A DNA stretch of 64,000 nt from a virus: positions 1 through 64,000 of IMG/VR virus record IMGVR_UViG_3300017971_000276; one strand, written 5' to 3'. Below the pieces are notes generated by a model that was not told where the DNA came from, did not search any database, and worked only from the letters and a program-made list of their open reading frames with translations. A program made the translations under genes and the position numbers. The first letter of the stretch is position 1; every line of letters begins with the position of its first letter. Of the stretch, positions 51,568-61,791 are shown piece by piece.

Positions 51568-53850
51568 ATGACAATTTCAAGATCAACAATAAACGTGACC
51601 ACAAAACAAATTGTCACCCGTGAAATGAGCACAAAACCATATGTTGGTTTTGAACATTTGACTGAGACTCCAGATGGATGGCGCTTTGATATCAAAAGAT
51701 GGTGTAGCCCATTTGATCTAAGACTTCCCAGCCTCCCCCGTTTATCTGACCCTTCTACTCAAGGCATCTCTGCTTCTGAATACTTTAGGTCTGGAGTTGG
51801 TTCCGCTAGTTTAGGAGATTTGTTTGTTGAGGATTTTGAAGAAGTTTTAAGAGCAGGAGAAAGACATTGGTATCCAGAAGTCAGGCATGGCTCGTATTAT
51901 AGATATAACACAGACTATTTCTATTATGGAGACAATAGCCGAGTTCAATATATTGATCCAACAGAGAATAGGTCTGGAAGAAATTATATTGAGTTGGATA
52001 AAATGCCGGATGTTAGCTCTCCAGTTCTTGCTGCTACATTTAAGCGCAACCATTTAAAAGAATCTATTTACAAGACTAGGATTGCTCAAAGGTATCAGTT
52101 CACTGGCACTTATAGCGGAGGTATAGAATTAGATACTGTTTCTGATATAGGCAAAATTAATTGGTCAAATGTAGACATGACCAAGAAAGAATTTATTGTA
52201 GACCATACGATAGACAATCTTACAAGGCTTTGGTTTAACAGAGACTATACTGAAACCTTTGGTGTTGTGCCTGCAACATATCAAGATCTAGGGGCTTGTG
52301 AGTATATTGGACTATCAACTGGCACTCCCTATCAATTGTTCTATCTTCCATATTTCCCAGTTCTAGCAAATGATTCTTTCCATTTGTATGTCGCAACAAA
52401 TAATACTTGGGAGGAATGGACAAGAGTAGATTCTTGGTGGGAGCTTATTTCTACAGACTGGTCTTACCAAACAAGAAATAGGTATTTTTTAGATAAGGAT
52501 CTTGGCATAGTTTATTTTGGTTCTGCTGAAAACGGCGGGGTCCCTCCAATTGGCAGGCATCTTGTAGCGACTTTCAAAACAACTTTAAGAATTGAATATG
52601 AAGAGTTAAGTCGCGAAACAAAAATCATTGCAAAAGATGCTGATGTTAATCCTGTTACTCAGTCTGTAAATCAAGGGTTCGTTTGTATCTCTCATGCAGA
52701 TCTTGAGGCAGCAGGGATAACTCTATCTATTGATAAACAAAAAATCATTGGAACTTCAGATCCAGTAGAGTATGGCCCAGTTACTGTTGGCTCAGACTAT
52801 GCGATCTTAAAAGCTCATGTAACAACTTCTTCTGGATTGCCAGCAGCAAATATTGAAGTGGGATTTGAAATGAGTCCACAAGACATTGGCTATCTTGCAG
52901 GATCTAGTTCGTCTGTTGCAGCTACAGATTCTTCTGGAGATGCATATACTAATTATCAGCCTCCTTCCTCTGCAGACTCCTTAGGGTTTTATACAAAGAC
53001 AGTAAGGAATTCTACACACCCTTATTATCCTGGAGAGAGAGAAGTCATTCTTAAAGTCTCTGACCCTGGTCTCCAAGGTAAAGAAGATGAGATATATCTT
53101 TATCAAATCTTAAAAGATGATCCGATTATGGGATATGAGACAGTAGATGATTTCTTGTTGAATCTATACTATCAACAGACTCCTGTGTGGGTTCAAGATT
53201 CCACTGACTATGCTCGATGGAGTCAAGAGATGATTCAAGAATATGAATTAGAAGAATGGGTTAATTCGACAGAAGGCACCGAGATGAATGGCAGGAAGGT
53301 TGTTGTTTACCAAATTAGCGGAGCAGACAATACAGACTCTTATGCTATAAATCCTGTGACCGGGCTTGCTGGAGCAGTTGTTCCTGTTCGACCTTATTTG
53401 GTTGAACAAATTAATGATGCAACTGATCCTTACAATGGGTATTGGAGATTAATTTATCCTGCTGGGGCAATTTTAGACTGTGGTCCAACTTCTACTTATG
53501 ATGTTGGCGGATACTGGGTTGCTTCAAGTAGAGTGGTTTCATTTCAAGCACATTGTTGGAGTCCGTATTATAATAGATATATCTATAGTAATACTATAAC
53601 GGCTCGTGTTAGCTTGCCACAATATTTACTTGGCGAATACTTAAACGATCTCGGAAAAATTCCATTTGGATGGAAAGTACTTACTGATACAGACAATGTT
53701 GCAGCTGGTCTAGATGGTGCGACATTTATTACAATTAATCCACACGATGGCCCATATGAAGTCATTGACTTAGTTGGTGGAACTGGTGGAACCGGAGAAT
53801 GGGCAGACGCCCCATTTAGAACACTGAGCTTCGGCTTCACAATCCTATAG
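51568..53850 (+). CDS. Baseplate/tail structural protein with Ig-like segment
   Basis: Y.LD...G.VYFG....G..PP.G motif and an Ig-like LKAHV...G.P..N..V.F...TDSSG.A segment. Confidence 0.6.
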   Translation: MTISRSTINVTTKQIVTREMSTKPYVGFEHLTETPDGWRFDIKRWCSPFDLRLPSLPRLSDPSTQGISASEYFRSGVGSASLGDLFVEDFEEVLRAGERHWYPEVRHGSYYRYNTDYFYYGDNSRVQYIDPTENRSGRNYIELDKMPDVSSPVLAATFKRNHLKESIYKTRIAQRYQFTGTYSGGIELDTVSDIGKINWSNVDMTKKEFIVDHTIDNLTRLWFNRDYTETFGVVPATYQDLGACEYIGLSTGTPYQLFYLPYFPVLANDSFHLYVATNNTWEEWTRVDSWWELISTDWSYQTRNRYFLDKDLGIVYFGSAENGGVPPIGRHLVATFKTTLRIEYEELSRETKIIAKDADVNPVTQSVNQGFVCISHADLEAAGITLSIDKQKIIGTSDPVEYGPVTVGSDYAILKAHVTTSSGLPAANIEVGFEMSPQDIGYLAGSSSSVAATDSSGDAYTNYQPPSSADSLGFYTKTVRNSTHPYYPGEREVILKVSDPGLQGKEDEIYLYQILKDDPIMGYETVDDFLLNLYYQQTPVWVQDSTDYARWSQEMIQEYELEEWVNSTEGTEMNGRKVVVYQISGADNTDSYAINPVTGLAGAVVPVRPYLVEQINDATDPYNGYWRLIYPAGAILDCGPTSTYDVGGYWVASSRVVSFQAHCWSPYYNRYIYSNTITARVSLPQYLLGEYLNDLGKIPFGWKVLTDTDNVAAGLDGATFITINPHDGPYEVIDLVGGTGGTGEWADAPFRTLSFGFTIL

Positions 53851-53858
53851 GAGTTATT

Positions 53859-56800
53859 ATGAGTAGAGACCAAATGCAAGATGTTTTCCCTATTGTCTTT
53901 GATTTCAAGAAGGGCGAGCAACCAACAGCAGAAAAGCTCTCTGGGCTTGTTAAGCATGTCGATGGTGGCTTTGGCAGGATCACTCAAGGTGTTGGAGACC
54001 CTTGGGACTACCAAGCTCATACGGGCTCTGGTGGGGCTTTTGATCTAAGTCTTGAAAACCTAGGACAGTCTAGTCTGGCTAGAATTATTGGTCCTTCAGA
54101 TTGGCTTTCTCCGTCTGCAAGTGATTGGAATCAGGCAGCAATAGGAACAGTCTCACTATCTCAAGACAGGAACCAATGGACACTAGGATTCCCTCTTGTC
54201 AAGGTCACTTCTGATATTAACGAGACTAGTCAGGTGTCTGGGAGTGTAACTCCTTTGGCATGGGGCTCTGAGATCCTTGTAACTCAGGATACAGGAAGTG
54301 TTCTTAATAATAGAGTAGCTTCTCCTTATCTTGTTGTCTCTGATGGGGATTTTTATGTTGACTTTTATAAAGGAACAATTACTTCTTATAAAGTACCAAC
54401 GAATACGATTAAGCTAGCTTTTGTTGGTATTCATATGTTTGGGCCTGGTGTCCCTTGGGGTACTCACAATGTAATCCCTACCTGGGAACAAAGTGTTTTA
54501 TGCAATGTGACAAAGACACATGATGCAGGAAGCAATAGCTATTATACTCTTACCTTGCCAACATTTAGCAATCAGACAAGGTACTCTCATCTTCCGTCTT
54601 TTGGACAAAGTACTTTTGGTTCTGGTGCAGGTAGTGATACTTCTTGGACTCTGGTTCCTGGCTCCCTTTCTACTTATCGATTGCCCGCAGCATTAACAGG
54701 AGCGAGCTTGTCTGCAGGAGACACAGTCCCTGAAGGTTATTGTTTGTTATGGCAAGGAGATGCAGATGGAAGAGTAATTCCTCAGGTAGAATTCCAATAT
54801 CTAAGTGCAACAACTATGACATTGGTAACCCCAATAGACTGGTTGAACGAGGGAGATAATTATCGTCTTATTATTTCTGGAACAAGTGCTGCCGAAGCAA
54901 TTAACTATCTGTTTCAAATCTCACGAAATAATGAGCATGTAGGGCTCACTGACAACCCTACAGTCGGGTATACAATTCCTTTATCTCATGACAATCTACA
55001 AGACAGATATACCTCTAATATTAATTCTGCTCTTACTGATGTAGACAGATGGAAGTTTAGAGAGTCTGATTATGGTACTAATTGTCACCCTCAGTATATT
55101 CATCGAGGCGGTTATATGACTGATGATGCTGATGGGAATAGTGCCAATGCCATGAGAGGCGCTTTAGCAATGGCAGGAGATATTGATGCCAACTTCTATC
55201 TTGGCACTGCTTTATATATGGGAGGACTTTATAAAACAGCCGCTTTGTCTTTTGGTGGTGGCTCAGTAGACGAAAGAGATCAATATTCTAATGCAATGAT
55301 AAGGCTAGATGGTACTTTTATAACAACAACATATGATTCTTGGTCTTCAGGGATTGCTAAGCGCACACCATTTAGTTTGAATGGGACAGGAGCCGAATCA
55401 GATGTTGGATATGATTATGTAGCTCTTGGTGCTTTGTCTGTTTATCCTTCTCTATGTGCTCCATTATATTTAAGAGGTCATTATCCAGGAGGATCTTATG
55501 ATGAAACTAAAAATGGTGCAGTTCTTGGATTTGATTTAGGTCAACGAAATGAAGCCAACTATGTCCGCTTGATGGAGAGTACACGTAGTGGCCTGAATGA
55601 TGCTATCCATCAGCCTGCAAACACAGGACAGTCTTCTACTAGTGCGTTGTCTATTATGCCTGGTTTAAGTGCGGTATCAGGCTTTAAAAGAATTTCTGAC
55701 GAGCAGGTTCGTGAGTTTAGGTTTCGTGGAGTCCCTTATGTTTCAAGTGCGACTAACACAACAGATGCTCTAGGTGGTGCAACAATCAGAGGTGCTGGCT
55801 CTAATATTCCAGAATTTGAACATCACTTTACTTCTCCTAGTATTCTTGGTGCAGACTTCCTTAATGTTTATTCAAATGCAATCTTCTTCTCTGACACAGG
55901 AGATGGCAAGACAACTTCATTTACAGACAATGGAACTGGCTGGTTAAATGGCAATTCTGGTGTTGGTACAGGATATACTCATACTCCTTCTGGACTTTAT
56001 TATATCCCTGACACAGCAACAGTAAATGGTTATTTGTCTTTCTATCAATGGGACACAGCAATTGGAAACGCAACCAATTGTTTCTCTGTTGGTCATGATC
56101 ATGGGATGTATTACCAAGGAGCTAACACACAGCTTATTCAAGGGAGTACTCCTACTAATCGATTAGCACATAAAGTATTATTAGATCTTACTACTTCAAA
56201 GTGTAGCCTATGGAGTCTTGGAAGTTCTAGCTCTTCTTTGTATATTGGTACAAGCGATACTGATGATACGACTGGCTGGCTAGCTAACATGGCTAATATA
56301 GCTGCTGGCAATTCTGTAAATGTATTATCTCATGGTGGAGGGATTTCTCTAAGCGCAATGACAGAGACAGGCGGTTCTAGTAGAGACATCTATATTAGAA
56401 CCTTCCATGCTAATGCAGCTGATACTTCTGGCAATGTTAACATTAGCAGTGAGGATTCAGATGTTATTGTTAATGCTGGCGATGCGATAGCCATGACATC
56501 AACAACAACAATGGCAATTGGCGCAGGCACTACAACAAATATTTATGGCAATGGTAATATTTCTTTAACTTCTGGATCTGGAGCAGATATCTTATTTGAT
56601 TCTGGAGAAGATATTGTTTCTACTCCTGTTGGTGAATTTAGAGTTGGGGATTCTGCTTTAAGTGGCAGCAATACAACAACTAGCATTAACCTTTATGCAA
56701 GAACCGGAGCGAATATCTTAACTGGACATTCTGCTATCTCTAGTGCAGATATTACTATCTCTGGGTATGGAGACATTCTCCTATATTCTAGGCATAGCTC

Positions 56801-57242
56801 TAATGACATAGAAGCGAGAAGTTATCATGATGTTATACTCTCTCCTAGTTATACTGACGTGACTGGTGCTGGAGGAGATCTGATTTTTAATAATCTTGTC
56901 GTTGGTACTGCTTCTGCTACTTTAACAATTGCTGCAAGTGGAGAAGTAAGAAGAACTTCTTCTTCTAGAATAACAAAACAAAACATAAGTAGTTTAGAAA
57001 ATGCCGATTGGATTTATGACTTAAATCCTGTTTCTTTTGAATTTAAAAACGATCCTTCTCAGCCCCATTATGGCTTCATAGCAGATGAAGTACATCGTGC
57101 AAATCCTATTGCTGCCTATATGCCAGCAGAAGAAAAAGATCAAAATGTTTTTTATAACTCTATTTTTTCTGCTTTAGTAAAAGCAGTTCAAGATCAAAAG
57201 AAAGAAATCGAAGATCTAAAATCCCAATTAGAGAGTAAATAA
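53859..57242 (+). CDS. Tail fibre/spike with C-terminal peptidase S74 intramolecular chaperone
   Basis: HPQY motif, Gly/Ser/Thr beta-helix-like region, SS...K.NI..L...L.PV.F.F....YGFIA.EV...LVKAVQ plus coiled coil. Confidence 0.85.
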   Translation: MSRDQMQDVFPIVFDFKKGEQPTAEKLSGLVKHVDGGFGRITQGVGDPWDYQAHTGSGGAFDLSLENLGQSSLARIIGPSDWLSPSASDWNQAAIGTVSLSQDRNQWTLGFPLVKVTSDINETSQVSGSVTPLAWGSEILVTQDTGSVLNNRVASPYLVVSDGDFYVDFYKGTITSYKVPTNTIKLAFVGIHMFGPGVPWGTHNVIPTWEQSVLCNVTKTHDAGSNSYYTLTLPTFSNQTRYSHLPSFGQSTFGSGAGSDTSWTLVPGSLSTYRLPAALTGASLSAGDTVPEGYCLLWQGDADGRVIPQVEFQYLSATTMTLVTPIDWLNEGDNYRLIISGTSAAEAINYLFQISRNNEHVGLTDNPTVGYTIPLSHDNLQDRYTSNINSALTDVDRWKFRESDYGTNCHPQYIHRGGYMTDDADGNSANAMRGALAMAGDIDANFYLGTALYMGGLYKTAALSFGGGSVDERDQYSNAMIRLDGTFITTTYDSWSSGIAKRTPFSLNGTGAESDVGYDYVALGALSVYPSLCAPLYLRGHYPGGSYDETKNGAVLGFDLGQRNEANYVRLMESTRSGLNDAIHQPANTGQSSTSALSIMPGLSAVSGFKRISDEQVREFRFRGVPYVSSATNTTDALGGATIRGAGSNIPEFEHHFTSPSILGADFLNVYSNAIFFSDTGDGKTTSFTDNGTGWLNGNSGVGTGYTHTPSGLYYIPDTATVNGYLSFYQWDTAIGNATNCFSVGHDHGMYYQGANTQLIQGSTPTNRLAHKVLLDLTTSKCSLWSLGSSSSSLYIGTSDTDDTTGWLANMANIAAGNSVNVLSHGGGISLSAMTETGGSSRDIYIRTFHANAADTSGNVNISSEDSDVIVNAGDAIAMTSTTTMAIGAGTTTNIYGNGNISLTSGSGADILFDSGEDIVSTPVGEFRVGDSALSGSNTTTSINLYARTGANILTGHSAISSADITISGYGDILLYSRHSSNDIEARSYHDVILSPSYTDVTGAGGDLIFNNLVVGTASATLTIAASGEVRRTSSSRITKQNISSLENADWIYDLNPVSFEFKNDPSQPHYGFIADEVHRANPIAAYMPAEEKDQNVFYNSIFSALVKAVQDQKKEIEDLKSQLESK

Positions 57243-59800
57243 TGACTACAGTTACAGCTAGTTTTCAGTTCCGTTTAACAGGAGTCACCAGTGATCCTTT
57301 TGATACGCGAACTAGACAAAATGTAAAAAAGCAATACGCAAAGATTGTATATCTAGAGGAACCTCCTTCAGATGCAGTCAGGTTATCTTATGTTGGCTCG
57401 AAGGAGATAACTCCTAAAGATAATTTGTTTATTGGAGATAGATCTGATGCTTTGTATGCAAATTCAAAAACAAGCACTACAGAAGAATTTATTTCTACTT
57501 CTGATAGCGGGACAGAAGATGTTGCTAGTATAAACTTTCTAGTCACACAAGAATTCGTAGAAGCAGCATCTGGATATATACCATTATATTACAAGCACAA
57601 CATAACTTCTGTCGTAATTCCAGAATCTATTAAAGTATTTGATCAAAACTACAATCTGGTTAAAACTGACAAGTGGAAACTAGTTGCAGAACATGATTAT
57701 GACGAGGATACTGGAGTAAAGCTTACAACGATAAGTCAATATAATTTATTTAACTCTTTAGAAAACTCTTTTAATTCTTCTAATGGTAGTTATGTCGTGT
57801 ATTTTGTTCAGTATACATATGTGTCTGGTTCCTCTGAAATCACAGTCACAGAGATTCTGAATAATGAGAAAGCATATAAGCCAGCAGTAGCAGAAGACTT
57901 TTGGCATCTTACTCCTGGCCAATTAAAACCTTGGGTCTATGCTTATTATCGTGATGACTATTCTGTTACCTTTCCTACAATTAGTAAATTTGCAATTAGG
58001 TATTTAGAGTCAGAAAGAGTATCTGTTAAGCATCCTGTTGACCTGACGGACACAGAGCCTTGGTTCCCAAGGATTACAAATGGTTCTTTTACTCATGGTT
58101 ATGCAGGAGATGTTTCTACCTACAGCATCCCAGAATTTGAGAATCAAGCTTTTAGTCCATTGGAGCCATATAAAATTGCTGCTCGTAAGCTTTGTCAGAA
58201 GATTGACAAACGTCTTTTAAAGCTGCCCCATGAAGAGATTCAGACTGGTTCTACTTTTAATAGTATTTCAATTGTCTTTGAGAAAGATGATACTGCTGAA
58301 TACGCTATAACAACGGACTCTACTTTAGATGGGACTCCGTATTTTGACTTTGATGGTCATAGAGTTCTAGATTCTGATGGAGAAGAAATTACTTGGTCCA
58401 CTAGCAATCTGCTTAGTTTTGATCGTCGCTCAGGAATAGTATATGTAGGATTTGATATCTCTGACTCTCATGATATCTATGCTACTTATCCTTATGAAGA
58501 AAAATATTATACTTTTACTAGTATGATGATGAATCCTATCTTTGATAGTAATGTTCATAAAGAGACAAGAATTATCTATCTTGTTCCTAAGAACAGTGCG
58601 AATGAGAATTCTGCTACACAAACAGCATCCATCATGTGGTTAAAAGCTTCCCGTGCAGATGTCATATTGAGCACTAATCAAGATGGGACATACGGTAATG
58701 AAAATGTAAACTTTGATGCTCGATTAAACAATACTGATGGATATGTTATCAATGGTATTTTGGGAATGCATTATTCTTGGGAGGCATCAACTATTGCCCA
58801 AGCACAATCTCCAGCTACTGTCGTTGAAATTCTTCCAGGACAACCTGTATATGTTCAATCAACAGAAACATTTCCTAAAGAAGGCTGGCTTCGAGCACAA
58901 GATGTCGCAGGTCATTATAGATATTTTAAATATTCTAGCAAATCAGACACCTACTTTACTTTGTCTACAAGCTCTACAGAAGTACCTACAAATGGTCTAA
59001 TTAATATTCCTGACGGGAATACTATTGAGCTTGTAAACTTTGTGCAGGAGCGCTCTACCCTCTCTGAGAGGACTTCTGCTAGTGAGGTTGCTGCGTATGG
59101 TGGAACTGGAGTTCCTTCTGTTTATTCTCAGTATTTTGTTTTAGCGGAGATGTCTGTAAATCCTCCTCACAGTAAAGAAGGATTAACAGTTATTGATGTA
59201 AGAGAAGATGGTGGGGGAATTGATGAAGATAAATATGACGAGGCTAAAGCTATAAATCCACAAGTACAATGGATGAATGACTATGAATCTTTTGATGGTC
59301 AAGTTTATCCATCTAATGCCGTTATTGTAGTTAAGCTTCCTAAGACTACGTTAGATGATTTTAGTCTTGATAACTTAAGAGAAATAATCAGCGAGAAAGT
59401 TCCTTATGGAATTTATCCATTGATTAGATTTTATGGCTATGAACCAAGGGTTATCAGTATCCTTCCTACTTCAACTGTTGGCGCAATTGAGGTAAAATGG
59501 GAGAAGGAAGGTTCTGAGTTTGTTTATGATATCTGGTATGCTCATAATGAAAGCGGCCCATGGACAAAAGCAAATAGTTATTTGCTAACTGATGGCACAG
59601 GTTCATATAATAGTTTTACAATAGAGGGACTCACTGACGAATCCCCATATCTTGTTAAGATAACAATGCAAGATAGATACTACTCATGGTGGTATGGTTA
59701 TAATGGCTACAATAGTATTGCAGGTGGCCTTGGTCTTGATGAGACTGCTCCAACACCATCATTTGGAAATGTTGCTAATTTCCAGTTTAGAGTTCTGTAG
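57242..59800 (+). CDS. Tail/baseplate structural protein with C-terminal FN3-like domain
   Basis: DVR..GGG motif. I.V.W.....Y.I.Y.....GPW.K.N...TI.GL....Y is FN3-like. Confidence 0.6.
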   Translation: MTTVTASFQFRLTGVTSDPFDTRTRQNVKKQYAKIVYLEEPPSDAVRLSYVGSKEITPKDNLFIGDRSDALYANSKTSTTEEFISTSDSGTEDVASINFLVTQEFVEAASGYIPLYYKHNITSVVIPESIKVFDQNYNLVKTDKWKLVAEHDYDEDTGVKLTTISQYNLFNSLENSFNSSNGSYVVYFVQYTYVSGSSEITVTEILNNEKAYKPAVAEDFWHLTPGQLKPWVYAYYRDDYSVTFPTISKFAIRYLESERVSVKHPVDLTDTEPWFPRITNGSFTHGYAGDVSTYSIPEFENQAFSPLEPYKIAARKLCQKIDKRLLKLPHEEIQTGSTFNSISIVFEKDDTAEYAITTDSTLDGTPYFDFDGHRVLDSDGEEITWSTSNLLSFDRRSGIVYVGFDISDSHDIYATYPYEEKYYTFTSMMMNPIFDSNVHKETRIIYLVPKNSANENSATQTASIMWLKASRADVILSTNQDGTYGNENVNFDARLNNTDGYVINGILGMHYSWEASTIAQAQSPATVVEILPGQPVYVQSTETFPKEGWLRAQDVAGHYRYFKYSSKSDTYFTLSTSSTEVPTNGLINIPDGNTIELVNFVQERSTLSERTSASEVAAYGGTGVPSVYSQYFVLAEMSVNPPHSKEGLTVIDVREDGGGIDEDKYDEAKAINPQVQWMNDYESFDGQVYPSNAVIVVKLPKTTLDDFSLDNLREIISEKVPYGIYPLIRFYGYEPRVISILPTSTVGAIEVKWEKEGSEFVYDIWYAHNESGPWTKANSYLLTDGTGSYNSFTIEGLTDESPYLVKITMQDRYYSWWYGYNGYNSIAGGLGLDETAPTPSFGNVANFQFRVL

Positions 59801-59808
59801 GAGGAACA

Positions 59809-60333
59809 ATGACTGTCAACCTAACATTATCAGAAACTTCAGGTGGCTATTCTTTGGCAGATACTACAGATTTAGGATCTGTTACTCCTGGGAATGCAGT
59901 AGGTCATCAAGATGTTTTTATTTCTCATGATGCAGAAGTTAATCCAATTACAACTTGCACTCTTTATCTTGTTAGGTATGCAGGGAGTAATTATCTTGGC
60001 ACTGATGCTGATGCTGATTTTACTCAAATTATGGGATGGGGAGATGCTGCAACTGGAGGAGTGGAGCTAAGCATGACTCCTGATTCACCCTGGACTACAG
60101 GCAATAAGTTTGCTGCTGGATGGAGCTATTTTAAAAATGGTGCAGGAGATATTAATAGCCAAATTCCATTAGACAAAGACTCTATTGTTGTTGGTACAGT
60201 GCCTGTAAGTGATGGAGAAATTCCTGTTGCAGGAGAGGCTCATATCCAAATTGATATTGATGTTCCCGCTTCTCCTGGGTCTTCTGGTTATAAGGCTTTT
60301 TCATTAGTCTTTGCATATTCGGCGACATCATAA
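59809..60333 (+). CDS. Putative virion structural protein
   Basis: AGGAGG RBS, beta-rich, acidic and Gly-rich. Confidence 0.55.
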   Translation: MTVNLTLSETSGGYSLADTTDLGSVTPGNAVGHQDVFISHDAEVNPITTCTLYLVRYAGSNYLGTDADADFTQIMGWGDAATGGVELSMTPDSPWTTGNKFAAGWSYFKNGAGDINSQIPLDKDSIVVGTVPVSDGEIPVAGEAHIQIDIDVPASPGSSGYKAFSLVFAYSATS

Positions 60334-60429
60334 TGGCTACTAATACTAAAAACAAAAAGTCTCCAGGAACACTTCCGTCTCCAAGCCATGAAGTTTTGCC
60401 TACTCAGTCTTAAAAATATCTTATAACAC

Positions 60430-60457
60430 TTGCGCTTTTTGGCTTCATGTGTAATAT
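60430..60457 (+). promoter_or_regulatory. Possible sigma70-type promoter TTGCGC-16bp-TAATAT
   Basis: In the largest intergenic gap of the tail module, upstream of AGGAG and ATG 60502. Confidence 0.35.
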
Positions 60458-60501
60458 TTAAGTTTGAAATTATCACGTTAAATCAACAACAGGAGTAACT
60501 A

Positions 60502-60987
60502 ATGAAATTTACAAGAGAAAATCTAATCAAAGTTTGGCATGCTCTTACAGTTCTCTCTACCGAAAAAACATCTGCTAAGGGAGCCTATGCTATTGCAAAG
60601 AACAAACGTCTTGCTGAGACAGAGGTTAAGTCAATTGAGGATGCTCAGAAGAATCAAAAAGAGCCAGAAGGTCTTATCGATTTTGAGAATGCTCGAATCA
60701 ATCTTTGTAACGAACTTTGTGATAAGGACGAAGAGACTGGGGCTCCGGTCCTGAATGGGAAAAACTTCTCCATGAGCGAGAATGCAGAAGAATTTAACAA
60801 GCGTCTTACGGAACTTAGATTTGAACACAAAGAAGCTCTAGATGCTCAAGAGAAAATCATTAAAGATTTTGAAGACTTTGTAAAAGAGGAAGTTGAAATC
60901 GCATTCCACGAAATTAAAGTAGATCAGCTTCCCGATAGTGTAACTGCTGAACAAATTGGAGCTCTCGGCGATATTGTCGTCGAATAA
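60502..60987 (+). CDS. Hypothetical helical protein (type often found next to tail-fibre genes)
   Basis: AGGAG RBS, YAIAKN motif, acidic helical protein. Confidence 0.6.
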   Translation: MKFTRENLIKVWHALTVLSTEKTSAKGAYAIAKNKRLAETEVKSIEDAQKNQKEPEGLIDFENARINLCNELCDKDEETGAPVLNGKNFSMSENAEEFNKRLTELRFEHKEALDAQEKIIKDFEDFVKEEVEIAFHEIKVDQLPDSVTAEQIGALGDIVVE

Positions 60988-61000
60988 GGAGTGAGAAAAA

Positions 61001-61315
61001 ATGAAATTGGAAGTAACTCGTATCTATAAGAATTCAGCAACTGATATTATTAGAGTAGATACAATTTACATGCAACCGACAACAAACCAATTAACTTCTG
61101 GTGTTAACGCAAGGACTTTCTATAGAGATTTGTCTACATCAAAATTGCATGAGCCAGCAGATAGGGTCGTTGCTTCTATTCAACTTATTACTTCTGCAGA
61201 TACTGTTGAGACTGCGACTGGTAATTATCTTACTGCCACATGGACAGGAAGAAATGCGGGGGTCCCTATTCTCTGTGACATGTCTGATCTACCTCGTGTT
61301 GGCAACACCGTTTAG
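61001..61315 (+). CDS. Hypothetical protein
   Basis: AAGGAG RBS, 104 aa. Confidence 0.6.
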   Translation: MKLEVTRIYKNSATDIIRVDTIYMQPTTNQLTSGVNARTFYRDLSTSKLHEPADRVVASIQLITSADTVETATGNYLTATWTGRNAGVPILCDMSDLPRVGNTV

Positions 61316-61326
61316 GATATTCTAAT

Positions 61327-61791
61327 ATGGGAGCCTGGATAAAATTCTTCAAGGACGGACCGTCCGAACATGGCTCTGATATCGATATCGCTAAAGGCAG
61401 AGCTTCTTGGTCACGCGGACGTCTAGATAGCATTACAGCTGTCCAATTGTTTGACAATACAGTTTGTCTAGATGTTCGTGTGCCAAATACATCTTGGCAC
61501 CAGTATGATAGGTATTTAGCTTTCCTTGGTGATTTTGGCGAGAATGCTTCTTCTCGTTCTGCTCGTGTTGTCCAAGCAGAAATAAAGCATCATCATGTCG
61601 GCCAGTCAGTTCGTTATATGAGAGTCAATAACACATCCTTTATAAACATGGACAACTCTCAAACAGGGAAAATAATTTCTTCAGAAGATGTTGGATTGTG
61701 GATTACTGGATATATCCTTAGCAATGGGAAAACAGGGCTAGAGTTTTGTAGGAGAGGAGCCTTTAATGGCGACAAGCAAATACTTAAATAG
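61327..61791 (+). CDS. Hypothetical protein
   Basis: 154-aa ORF starting with W...F.DG. Confidence 0.55.
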   Translation: MGAWIKFFKDGPSEHGSDIDIAKGRASWSRGRLDSITAVQLFDNTVCLDVRVPNTSWHQYDRYLAFLGDFGENASSRSARVVQAEIKHHHVGQSVRYMRVNNTSFINMDNSQTGKIISSEDVGLWITGYILSNGKTGLEFCRRGAFNGDKQILK

